Source of the DNA: Zootoca vivipara
Lineage: Eukaryota
Reading direction: 5' to 3'
Assembly: GCF_963506605.1 (NCBI RefSeq)
Contig: NC_083277.1
Coordinates: 20,708,001 to 20,772,000 of the forward strand
DNA length: 64,000 nt
The notes beneath the pieces were generated by a model. It made no database searches. It was not told the DNA's origin and was given only the letters and a program-made list of their open reading frames with translations. Positions 1 to 11,869 of this stretch are shown here, one piece after another. A program made the translations under genes and the position numbers. Positions within the stretch are counted from its first letter, which is position 1, and each line of letters opens with the position of its first letter.

Positions 1-313
1 TTCCGGAGATATGAGAATTTCGCTGGACTAGAACCGTTGTCTAAGCTTGCTACACGAAGTGCAGAACAAAGGTGTACATCACTAGGACTGGGGAACCTTT
101 GGCTCTCCAGAGGTTGCTGAACTACAATTCCCATTATCCCTGGCCATTAGCCATGCTTGCTGGCGGGTCAAAAGTTTCCCACCCCTAGTGGAGGTTGCAA
201 GGCAATGGATAGCATCCATTCTTTGCATCACTAAAACAGTAAGTGAGGAAGCAGCTAAGTTACCTATTTTATTGGCAGTTTGATGTCTCCAGTCTAATGT
301 GCATTTGTTCCAG

Positions 314-630
314 CTGTGAAAATAAGGATTTCCAGGAAGAACAAGACCTCCACCATTGCTGACTTTGACCTTGACGCCAGGCTGGAAGTTCTGAAGCATG
401 GCCCCCTTCTGAAGACTGAAACCCACTCCAAACTCCAGCAGTGGCTGAACTTAGATGCTACCTGTGTACACAACATTATGAGAGGGACAAACACAGGCGT
501 CTATCTGATCTGCGGTGAGGTGCAGAATGACAAAGTTGTGGTGGTGAACAAGGCCTATGCATGGCACAAGAGGAACCGAAATCTACAGGCTGCTGTGCGG
601 CGATGGAAACATTACAAGTGCCGGGTCTGA
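314..630 (+). CDS. szl: Terminal coding exon of an sFRP-family gene (NTR/netrin-like domain), most likely sizzled; upstream exons lie left of the window
   Basis: Acceptor tttgttccAG (AG 312-313), phase 1, then (A)VKIRISRK...LQQWLNLDATCVHNIMRGTNTGVYLICGEVQNDKVVVVNKAYAWHKRNRNLQAAVRRWKHYKCRV* (TGA 628-630). This matches the recalled Sizzled C-terminal pattern (LQQWL..N..C...VY.I.G....KV.VN....W.K....L..A.RRW.H.KC). Confidence 0.8.
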
Positions 631-2530
631 ACTGCTTATACGCTCTGGTATGAAATGATAGAAAGATGCTCTCTTGTTTGTAGCTGAAAGGTCTTCTTCA
701 GCATATCTGGAGCAGAGTTTAAAAAGTAATAGATACAGTCTATAGTAAAAACCATACACCACTGCACCAAGAAAGTAGTTTTCAAACTGCTCTGAGAAGC
801 CCTGGAGTTTCCTACAAGCCTAATTGGGGTTTCTCAACGAGAAAATCAGTAATGGTTCACCAGCTTCTTTGAAAGACAGTTTGTCCACCATTGTAGATAT
901 TCTGCAGTGCTGGACTCTTTATCTTACTGCATGGGAAGCACCAGGAGACAAACCACAAGTACTTATAGTAATAGGCTGATTGCTTGACTTCGTCTCCTGC
1001 AAACCTACTTTCCTGGCCACTTCTTTCACCCATACCATGCAGGAATGGCTCACCTGGTGGAACCGGAGCTTCAACAATAACCTTGAGGCAGCAGTGTTGC
1101 AATGGCTTCCTGGGAGAGCTGAAGTGGCAGCTAGGCTGGGGCTGAATGGGTAGCCTGTGGGTGCACGATTGGCTTTAGCAGTCTGCCTGCACAGCCCTGA
1201 CCTTGCTGCTGCCTCACCTCCTCCCACTACTGGTAAGTGGCAATGACTAGGCTGAGCTGCCACAGGCTCTGTCAAGCTGACCTGTCAAGCTGCTCCTGAT
1301 TCCCCTTCATCTTCTACCCATCAGGCTTTTTGCCATCACCCATCCTTCCCTCACTCCAGGACATTTTATTTTGCAGTTTTACACAAAATATGTAAAAAAA
1401 AACACAAAATCCACACACTGCCTGAGGGACACCCTTGTGATCTGCAAGCTATGAATACTATGTATTTAAAAACTAATGACAGCAGTGTGTGTTCCTTAAA
1501 AATGCTGGTTGCATTAAAAGGATTTAACAAGAAAGATGTTTAGTTTCTCATTAAGACTTTCCTTTGAAAAAACACAGTTAACAACATGGGAATCTTTTAT
1601 GCAGATTTTTTTATATAAAAAAACAAAACAAAACCTGTGGCATATAACTGTTCTTGCTAGAAGCTCCTGCTTCAAGTTAAATGTGTGTTTGTGGAGTGCC
1701 TGTCATATTGCTGCTGGTTGTTTCTGAACCTCAGGCAATGCTGAGGTTCAGAAACAACAAATTCCTCAGGCAATGCTGACAACAGCAGTGCTTCCAAGAG
1801 GAGGATGAAAAATGGGCATGTGTGTGTGTGTGTGTACGTACACACACACATGTATTTCTTGCTGGCTACAGAAATTATTGTTGCCTATCAAGCTCAATTG
1901 CAATTTGTAAACCCTCAATTAATACTATTCCCTGATGTAACCAGTTCAATCCAGTAAAGATTGATCTATAGCTGGTGGAAATGGATTAGTCAGGCACCAA
2001 TGTAAGAGGAGTTGAGCATGTGTCACATCACCATTTTCTATCATTGTACCTACCCCCATCCACCCACTTTCTCTTAAGGAGCAAAGAAGGGAGGGGCAAT
2101 GAGAACTGTGGAGTTTCTATGAAATTTCAGCTGTCAACACTTTGTGCATTCCTACATGAGAAAGAGGCAAAATCTGCTCTTCTAAACAGCGGTTAAAGGC
2201 AAAGGACTCTTGTCTTCTTTTGCACCTGGTTACTCTAGAGAGAGCAGGTGAAAGACCATAGAACATAGTAAAAAAAAAATCAAAATCAGTTGGGGTTAAG
2301 AAATGGATCCTGGGTCTGAAAAATTAACAGACTACTGCTGTAAAGGATGTTCACATGTGCTCGGGAGCCACAGTAATAATTACTGTCATGAATGGGACAG
2401 AGTTTCTGTGCCCAAAGGCAACAAAAGATGAGGCAATAAGAAGCCGCCAAACTTAGATATATGGTACATCTCATTCCCTCTTCTACCAATAGGTCATCTG
2501 GATATATCTCCAGTAGCCTCTTTTTCTTAC

Positions 2531-2612
2531 CAAAAAGGAGTGGTTTCAAGCTGAGAGTTTTCATGAGATGGATTTTGTTAGGAATCAGCTCCACCTTCTG
2601 TTTATGGCCCAC
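2531..2612 (-). CDS. P4HTM: P4HTM exon 2 (82 bp): VGHKQKVELIPNKIHLMKTLSLKPLLF
   Basis: Acceptor ttttcaAG|GTG, donor G|GTAAG; peptide recognisable as P4HTM. Confidence 0.92.
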
Positions 2613-3231
2613 CTTGAAAAGAAAGTAAAATAAATTAATTTTGACTGCTATACACCAAATATAGTTAGCTCCAGTATATGGTATTATTGGAGGCCTTTGG
2701 TCAATATCTTTACATACACAACGACCCTGCTAAATCATGACATGGCAAATTCTGAAATACAAAATATCACAAAGCTCATCTACATGGTTCAAAACTATAT
2801 GACATCAGCTGCTAGCAAATACAGGATATACTAGTTCTAGGCTCAGTGTGGAAGCAGCACTCACCACAGAAGGTTTAGGGTTCTTCTGCATTATCACTCC
2901 TCTGCACAATAAATGCACAGTTTACTCATCTGCCGTCACAGTGTGTGCACGAGTGTGTGCACGAGAGAATAACACATCTTGCTAGCATCTAACTGAAAAT
3001 TTCACAAGGTGCTACAAGAGAATGGTTACTACTGACTCACCTGGATAGTTTTGACTACCATTTTAAAAAGTATTCTTTTAACTTTAACTTTTTAAATTAC
3101 TGAAATTCTTTTGCTGTGCCAATTGAATATAGGAGCTTTATTTCTTTAAAGAGTGGATATTGGCAGCAAAATTAACCTCCATTGCAACAGCATAGGGAAT
3201 GTGTCCATCCATAATTATTGTGTTGATTCTA

Positions 3232-3263
<32 letters not shown>
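3232..3263. repeat. (GCT)~10 microsatellite in P4HTM intron 1
   Basis: Direct read. Confidence 0.95.
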
Positions 3264-4539
3264 AGCTTTTTGTTTTAAAAGGTAGGCAATCCCAATCTGG
3301 ACCAAGGAACAGACAAAGTTGCAGCCCAGTGAATTTACAATAAAGTCATATTGATGTTGCTCATATTAGATCCTACTGTATCACTCTAGAATTTAGTATA
3401 CTGCACTAAATCTATTACCGTAGGCCAGCCCAACATCGAAACAAACCACATCAATCAGGCCAGTCTATAGTACATCACATTATGCAAAGCATAAATCAAT
3501 CCTAGCCGTGACAAATAGACAAACTCAACCCACAGTTTAAGTACTTCTCCCAATAATGCATGACTGCTCAAATTATTTAAAGGCTTGAATTATTTAAAGG
3601 CAAAGGCAATAAAAAGTTTTTTAAAAAATAAAATAACTTCATTATAAAATAAAATACTTGGGGAGGCAGCTGCCCCCCCACTATGCCCATTATCCCTAAA
3701 TGACTTGTGTGATGATGTCCCTTGAGACTGGAGGGGTGTGTGACTGAGGACAGAGGAGAAAACTTTCTTTCCCCTGACGCAGTTTAACAGCTGCATAAAA
3801 ATCAGAAACTCAGCAAGTGCAAAAAACTTTTCATATCACTGCATCAGCGTGCTGGGGAAAGCATCACCTTGGAGGGGCTAGACGGCACTTAGCCCATTAT
3901 GCTTCTTTTAAAGATCCACGAGGGCTTGCCACTTATCAGAACTAGCAGCCGCCGAAGGAGGAGACGGCCCCTGTCGGGGCTGCAGCAGCAGTGGACAGGG
4001 ATATTATATAAAATAATGTATATTTCCAGACCCCCCCTCCCTTTGTAGGGTAACATTTTCTACAGGAACACGGTTGACTTGACACCCCTCGGCCGATTTC
4101 CTGACGAGGGGGGGGGGAAATCCCCCTGCAGCCCCATTACAAACAAACACAACGACGACAACAACAACCGGAATTCCCTAAGGGGCAACTCTAGAAAAAA
4201 AGCCAAGGAAGCAAAAATATTGTAATAATCACCATGAGACGAGGATGTTGCTGCATACCTCCAAATACGGATATACCGTATGGCAGCTGAAAGCTGGGAG
4301 GGCAAGAAATAATTTGGGGGTAAGCGCAGGAAGTCGTCCCCGCTGCCCCCGAAACTGCTGGGGGTTTTTTTGCACAGAAACCTTGGGAGGAGGGAGGTTT
4401 TTTTTTCTTTTCTTTTGGAAGGGTCGAGGAAAGGGAAAAACTCGCCCCTACCCTTGAAACTTTAAAAACAGCAGCAAAACGGAGACCTGCCCTCTTGAAT
4501 GACCCCAAGAGAACAGCAGTGCTTGTTTCCATCCTCGCG

Positions 4540-5110
4540 CAGAAGATGGTTTTGGGACGCTACTTGCCTTGATGCCCTCGAGGCGAGGCAGGCTGTGAGG
4601 GCGAGAGCCTCCCGGGGAGCGGGAGGAGAAGGGCGGCGCGGGCGGGTCCTGTGCGGGGTCCGGGGGTCTCTCCTTGCCCGGCTCCGTCTCCCCGTCGTCG
4701 GAGCTGATGTGCACGAAGAGCAGCAAGCCCAGCACGTTGAGCACGTAGAGGTGCGCGAACACCATCAGCACCACGAAGTAGGGTCGGGAGCACACGGCCC
4801 TCCGCCCAAAGGAAGGCCCCGGCAGCGGGCGGGGGTCTTCGTCCGGCGTCGCCGTCGCCGCCGCAGCCACAGCTGCCCCCGCCGCAGCAGCCATGGCTAG
4901 GCCCGGCCCGCTCCGGCCTTGGAGCTGGGCACCGTTACCACGGCAACCACCCCGCGAATAGCGGCGGCGGCCGGGCAGGGGCTTCTCCGAGAGGGCTCCC
5001 CTCACGTCATCACGCACGAAGGAAGAGCGCACGGCCGGGCCCGTTAGTTTGGCCGGGGGGGGGGGGAGGAGAGTGGAGGGAAGGCGACTGTACGGCGCTG
5101 GCCAGGACGA
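4540..5110 (-). promoter_or_regulatory. CpG island / P4HTM promoter with an X-box-like site (4934-4947) and a CRE-like TGACGTGA (~5002-5009)
   Basis: High GC and CpG density over exon 1; motifs read directly from the sequence. Confidence 0.75.
4568..4894 (-). CDS. P4HTM: P4HTM (transmembrane prolyl 4-hydroxylase) coding exon 1
   Basis: ATG at 4894 (GCCATGG); Ala-rich N-terminus; signal-anchor CSRPYFVVLMVFAHLYVLNVLGLLLFVHI; ends LPRLEGIK with donor AAG|GCAAGT. Confidence 0.92.
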
Positions 5111-6358
5111 AGTCCTAGAGGGTGCTGGCCTGTACTGTAGGGATTTTTTTAAAAAGTGTTTTGGCTCTGCCCACGGTAGAAGCCGGTCATTTTAGGTCCT
5201 GGCAACTTTGCCTCTCCTCCCCTAGCAGTGTGATGGGAAGCCATTTTGAGAAAGGGCATCGGCTCCCCCCCTTGCGGATGAATATGAAACTGCAGCCATT
5301 TTTGATAAGGGCAGAACGTCCACCGCTTTCCTGACGTACCGTAGTTGTTTTGTTGACAGAGCAGTAGCTGGTGTGAAGGCATATTTTAAGCGAAGTGAAT
5401 TAGCTAGTTCTACTAATACTTTTTTAAATTAAAAAAACACCTGACATAAAGCCCGAGTTTTTTTCTTTCTTTTTTTGGAACTCAAATGTTCCTAGACATG
5501 TACAGAGTGCCTTTTTCAGCGGCAACGTAATGAATCGTCCTCGTAGGTCAAGAACCATCTAGGTAAAAGCTCCTCCTGCCTTTCAATTATATGTATAAAA
5601 TAGAATATAGAACAGCTGCTCTCAATTTCAGTAATGAAAGCCAGTTGAACAGCATGTAAAGCCCATATTGAGTATGTAAAACCAACATTCGATATCCTCC
5701 TCACACCTTATGCAACCAGTGCCTGAGAGCTGCTGGTAGCTTTTGTATAATCCTCTACCTTTGAGATTTACTTCAGGATTATGAAGTAGATCCAAGAGCA
5801 CAAATTCGGGTTTTGTTTCAAAGAGGAAGGGCAACACCTTTGCCCATATTAATTCCTCAAAAACTTGTACATCTTGAAGGAGATACAACTTCACAGGCTT
5901 TTTTTTAAAAAAAAACAAATGAGAACATGACAGCTGGTAAAGAACTTCCCTCCCCATCCTCTTTTCCTTTTGTACCAGTGTCTTTTTTACATAGCACATT
6001 CCCTGCCTTCAGACTTGCTATTTTGACATGTAAGCCACTCTACAAACCTTTTTAAGTTAGCAAGCAGGCTATAAATGCTTTGCATAAATAAACGAGGAAG
6101 TTGAACACAAAGCAATGTTTTGGAGAGAACAAAAAACTGGATTGGGGGACTGACTTGTTTTGAGTCTGAAAGGCTGAACCTATTTTAATAGGTTGCTGGA
6201 AATCGGTGGTACTGTTCAAGCAGCTCCCAGTTTATATTAAAACTCTCAACATTCCGCTTCCTCATCCCCTTTCTCACTGTATAATGGGAAATGGTGTATC
6301 AGTAAGGGAGGGAGGAAAAAAAAAGACACTACGCACATTTAAAATTAGAAATTCACAA

Positions 6359-6364
6359 TTTATT
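6359..6364 (-). terminator. ARIH2: Probable distal ARIH2 polyadenylation signal
   Basis: AATAAA on the minus strand followed by a GT/T-rich tract (TGTGCGTAGTGTCTTTTTTTTT). Confidence 0.5.
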
Positions 6365-9300
6365 TCAAATAAACAATTTCAGGAAAGGGAAACTGCAAGG
6401 GCTCTTTCCTTTGCCCCTTCCCCTCCTAATGCCGGAAAAGTGTTGGCAGTTTCTTGAGATTGCTTCCCCCCCACCCATACCTCAGTGAGGGACAGAGCAA
6501 AGGCAGCCATGATAATGTAGCACTCTGCATAATAATAAAAAAGCTCCCATAGCAGAAGCTACTACCTGAAAACTTGGAACAGTCCAGACTTGAGTGAGCA
6601 CACATAAGAACTTTCCTAGAAAAAGCTATTGAGAAATCTGATTTTTTGAAACAAAAACAAGTTTTGAGTGAATTGAGACAGTGCAATAATAAGAGAACTC
6701 TCCAGTTCCTGAAGAAGTCACATGGCACACAGCTGACATAAAAATTTAGGTTGTCAACAGAAAACTGGTCGCTGCTGCAGAGGAAGGAGTGCTATAGAGA
6801 GAGCAAGTATAAAACTTGATTAGAGCAGGGATGGGGAACTTTTGGCCATCCAGAAGCTATTGGACTCCCAGCTCCCATCAGTCTCAGCCAATGGTCAGGG
6901 ATGGTGTGAGCAGCAACATCTGCAAGGCCAAAGGTTTTCCCCATCTCTGGATTAGAGGAACTCTCTCCTATTGAACAGCCTCTTTTGGTGTATATGTATG
7001 CAAGCTTTTGAGTTATAGAGACTTCTATTTGCCAGGAGATTTGGTGTAACTTGAGAGCTCGGTTTGTTCAGTATCAGAAGTTGTGCGAAGACAGTTTTGG
7101 ATCTCTTTCATATAGAAAACTGTGGCAGGTAATACTAAATGTAAGCGAAAAACCAAAACAAAGTCAGCATTGAAGGTGAATCAAGCCAAGTATTAAAAAG
7201 TAAGAGTGATAGGATGACAACAGGTGCCAGGCTGGCTGAGAGTCAAGCCTTACAGAAAGCGACAAAAAGCTCCCAGTTTAGGATGTTAGCCTGGTATGAG
7301 GAAAATGTCCTTACACTCTGAGCTCAGGTGCCACTAATTCTTAATTGCTGTCTTGCTATTCCTACCAGCTTGTTGCAGAATGGCAAGGATTTTCTGAGGC
7401 AACAAACTGTTTTGAGTTCTGCTTTAGAACCATTAGCTTCTTTTTCCAGAGTGAAGAGGATGCTTTCCTATAGCACAGCCTAATCTTATCAGTGGCAAAA
7501 CCTCTCTGGCAAAGTCTGAACATAATGGAATTCTAATACAGGGAGCCTGTATCGGGGAAGAATAAAAATGCTGATCTATCAACTGTCTGGGACTTAAAAG
7601 TGTTAGTTTATACATATATGAATGCTACCTGCTCTAAACTGGGAGGCAGCTATTAATACGCGATGCAATACTGGCTTAATATAGCACATCTAAAAGCACT
7701 GTAAGGGGTTGGTGCCAGCCATGTGGAGGCTACAAGTTTTGAAAACATGACTTTTTAACATTGAAAGTTGTCAATGTGCTACCATCAAGTTGACCAGCTA
7801 CAACTGGATGTCAGATGTAAGTGCAAAGCCACACATCACTCCCTTTTGCACTGGACAGTTCTGAGCTACAGAAAACATGTGTGACTTAACTTCTCTTATT
7901 CAATGAGACCCACCGCTCAGTCTGAATGCAAAGTTTAAAGATAAAAAGATCCTCATGTCCTTCAGAGGCTGAACACTGTGTTAAGCTAGCAGGAGATCAG
8001 GTCAGCATTTAACAGAAATAAGTCGTAAGCCATACCTTCCCACAGCTCTTCTGGTCACAAGGCTTATCTTTATCCAACTGCAGCTGGGTTAATGAAATAA
8101 TCCCATGCTAGCACTTTATGCACCACATCTCATCAAAACAATAACAAAATGAATGCTAACATACTGTGCAATTAAAATCACACACACGCTGAACTTCTTG
8201 CACTTTGCTAAAAGATTTTCGTCTGTTTCTATATATCAAGGCCCAGATTGGACTTCATGCAGAGAAATGGAAAACATCTACAGCCAAGAGAACACAATCA
8301 CATGATCTCCGCTTACAGCAGATAAGACATGGGTTAAAAGGAGCAAGCCTGATGAGGTCATCGTGCCGCATCAGCTACAAGAGACCTATAAAATGGCCAA
8401 TGGAAGAGAAAAGGTGAACAAAGCAGGAAATGGGGGGGGGGGCGGAGAGAGAAGAGTTTCTCTTCACGGTACTTTTTCTTAGCCTAGTACACACACCCCC
8501 TTTTCAAGGCCCTGCTTGCGTAATCTGTGGTTAACTGGCAATGGGGTAGGAAGAGAGTAATATTAAAAAAGGTACTAGGGTCATTTACTAAGGAAGCAAG
8601 CAGGTAGTTGGTATAATCATTTTCCTTGGAGTGCTTGAGGTAGTATTAGCAGCACGTGAAGGGCGAAAGGGTGGCATGGCAGATTGCTCCCACCCCCCAA
8701 GAGCTAGGACAGGTCAACATCCAGAAATGCTAATAAAATAGCTCCCGCTAAAAGGCCAGAAAGGTAGGTGCATAAAGCACAGAATAATGATCCTAGCTTG
8801 CCAGTCCTCCCTTGTCCAAACCAAAAAGATCATCAATCAATGTACAAACAAAAGTTCAGTGCAACATATTTTTTTTTTAAACAGGTAGCAAGATGTTATT
8901 TCAAATCGAATCAGAGTAACTTCAGGAGAGAGCCAGCTGTTCAGTCTTCTTTTCTAGGTGAATAATCAACTTAAGCAGGCATGTTGACCATGCACTATAC
9001 ATACCCTACACTGCACGGTTTTTTTACTGTTTCGAAACTGGCCTCCCACATGAATGCGAGGAAAATTTGACCTTTTACACATTCAAGTGTTCGGAGTCCC
9101 CTACTAATAATAAGCCACCCGTGAACATAGGTTTGTATCTGACCAAGTCCTACTGAAATTAATGGGACTAAGTCAGGCCCATAAATTTGAATGGTCTACT
9201 TCAAGCAGGACTAGTGGTGGAAAGAACTCCTTAATATTCATTCAGCTTCATTCTCGCCAATTTTGCTGGCTGTTTTTCAGCCAGCCATAGTTTTTAGGAC

Positions 9301-10030
9301 AGTGGTGTACGTTTACCATTGGCACATGTTTCTCAGGACTTGTCTTAGGCTGCCAAGATTTTTCTTTACCCTCTCTACCCCACCCCTTACCAAGCACCAT
9401 GTTAAGTGCAACAGCTTTCCCTCGATACACAGTGAGGAAGTCTGGTCTTGTCAGGGCAAGACAGGGCCAGGCTTGACGTATCACCTTACAGCCATGTCAA
9501 AAATCAGGTTGTGTATGACTGGACTGCACAGATACGCAAGGCATGGATGGAACGTGGCTTGTCCTTTTGCCTCCAAGCAAAGCCAGTGCCTGCTACAATG
9601 CTATCAAGAGGCAAGGTTGTGTGTTCCCATAACCCCTCAAATGATTTTAGTTTCGGCAGATGAGATCAGTCCAGAGAAACAAAGCAACAAATCCACGCAA
9701 GAGACAACCTAAAGCTGATGGGACATCAGGACCACGACTGTTTCCCATGCCGGCCTGAACTTTGCCCAACTGCCCCTGCATAGCCAGGGAAGAATAGGAG
9801 AGCTACTCGGCCGTACGCTGACCTCTGGCCGCAGCTGTTGTCTCCTAGGCTAGCACTGTTCACGTCATGTAGTCACAGGGCAAGCAGCAGAGCACACATA
9901 AGAGAGGTGCCAAACAGACAGCTGGACTACTTCATAGCCTTCAGCGCAAAAGAGGATTTGGAGGGGAAAGAAGAAAAGCAGCCATTTAGTTTACAAGCAG
10001 CTTATTAAAAAGGAAACACTCCAATTCCAA

Positions 10031-10036
10031 TTTATT
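10031..10036 (-). terminator. ARIH2: Possible proximal ARIH2 polyadenylation signal
   Basis: AATAAA on the minus strand ~470 nt after the stop, followed by GTGTTTCCTTTTT. Confidence 0.45.
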
Positions 10037-10501
10037 TTTAAAAAGGGTTGTGTGTTATTCTAGGGTTTGTTTTGTATAATTGTACAACCGTTTGAAAATT
10101 ACATATGTTTGTAATGATCTAACACTATTAACAGCCATTCGGGGGAGGAGGAAGAAGGAGGAGGAGGAGAAGAAGAAGAAGAAGAAAAATAAAATAAAAG
10201 AACTCCTTCCCAGAACAATCCAAGAGCCGGGGAGGAAAACGTCCCAGGAAAAAAAAAGGTGCCAATCTGAACTCCAGCCTCTAGCCTGGCAAAAACGAAA
10301 AGCAGAAAGAGAAGAGAAAACAGAAGACTAAGCTGTGGTACTAGCTCGTGTCTGGCTTGCAAGGGGAGGGTGCAGTTTTGTCCTCCGCCCTTCTCTGTGG
10401 TGGGGGCGGGGGCCAGCTTCTCGTGTTGCTTCTTCTTCTGCTGCTCTCACCGCCACCTCGCTCTTTGCGCTCACCCCTGCGCCCTGACATCTCCTGCTAC
10501 T

Positions 10502-10573
10502 TTATGTGTCATGGAAGTCTTTCAGCAGGGTCCTTCTCCTCTGCTCGGCTATGTGCATCTGATTTTCCAAGTC
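10502..10573 (-). CDS. ARIH2: ARIH2 last coding exon: [23 protein letters not shown]
   Basis: cccAG acceptor, TAA stop at 10502-10504; matches the ARIH2 C-terminus. Confidence 0.97.
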
Positions 10574-11452
10574 CTGGGTGGGCAGAGAAAGAGGGCGTAA
10601 AACCAGGTTAATTTCTAGTTTGTGGTGGCAGGGAAATGGATCCACAGACTTGAACGATAAGCAGAAAGGAGGGAAGGAACACCAGTCATCTCTCTTGGTA
10701 CCAGTCTCCTCACAGAAACAAGCCCTCTTCAGGTATTCAAGTCTAGATAAGGAATAGCGTGGTAGTTTGAGAAGCAAAAGTGTGTAGTCAGGAGTCAAGG
10801 GGGCATATCCAGGACGAACACCTGAATAGGGCTAAGGTTGTGAAAAAAGGATGTGTGGTTTAGAATAGGAACTCAAAACTTCCTGGTCCCAGTGCCTCGC
10901 TCTATTAATCACATCAAATAGTTAAGAAAATAACACCTAACTGGTGGTCCTTATAGAAGCCAAAAATTGATATCCATTAAAAAAATTCACACGCACCAGC
11001 TTGGATCTAGAATTCCAACAACTGGAACTCCACCAAGAAGATGCTCCTACAGAAGGAGTGTGCCTGCTGAAAAGCTGGACTAGATAGTTGGGGGATTCCT
11101 CCCCCCCAGTGCACTTGGGGAGGTTGTTGGGGGGGGGGGACTGGTGGAACCTGTCTCCCCTCTGGAAGATGCACTGGAAGTCAGTCTCAGAACAGAAAGT
11201 GGCCTCCCATTCATTGTGCCTATCGCAGTTGCCGAGATCAACCCAAAAATATGTGGGCATTTTCTCCTAACTGTACAGAACCTCCAGGTGGCAAGAAAAG
11301 GACACCAAGGGATCTGGAGTGCCATCTCCTCCAGCCCAATGCCAATTCCTCTGCTTCCTCATAGGATTTGCTTAAGCCCTTCTGTGCAGGTAATGAGCTC
11401 CTGGGATGAGAAGATGAGGTGGCAGGAGGTTGAACAACACTTGTTTACTCAC

Positions 11453-11536
11453 CCCTCTGTCATAACTATCTGCTCTCTCCACCTTCCATGAGAGGTTTTC
11501 TATTTCCGCTTCCAGCTGAGCCTGTTGGTATTCAAA
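11453..11536 (-). CDS. ARIH2: ARIH2 coding exon 13: [28 protein letters not shown]
   Basis: AG/GT boundaries, 84 bp. Confidence 0.97.
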
Positions 11537-11869
11537 CTGAAAACATGAAACAGATTGTTGAAGGAAAGAGATACAGGAACAGCAGCTTCTCATCATCCTC
11601 ATTCTACCCTACATCTGCTGTTACCATTCACGCCAGAAGGCTCTTCTGAAAAGAATGAAATACAACAAGCAAAAACCGAAGCACGTTCAATAGATGCAAA
11701 GTCATTTCGCCCGTTCTGATGTGCAACAGTACAAGAGCACCAGCAAGCTTATGGATTCAAAGCTGGGCAAGTTCCCAGTTCAGAGCTCCCTATGTTATAA
11801 TCTGAGGGATATTAATCAATGGTTACGTGGATGATGGAATCCAGGAATTTTTTTTATTCATTCATTCAT

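Noticed and set aside
2286-2530. Continuation of the ORF past P4HTM exon 2
   Set aside because: A strong GTAAG donor lies at 2530; the remainder has no similarity that I can recognise.
4895-5032. 46-aa N-terminal extension of P4HTM shown in the ORF track
   Set aside because: It starts at GTG within promoter sequence; the ATG at 4894 has a strong Kozak context.
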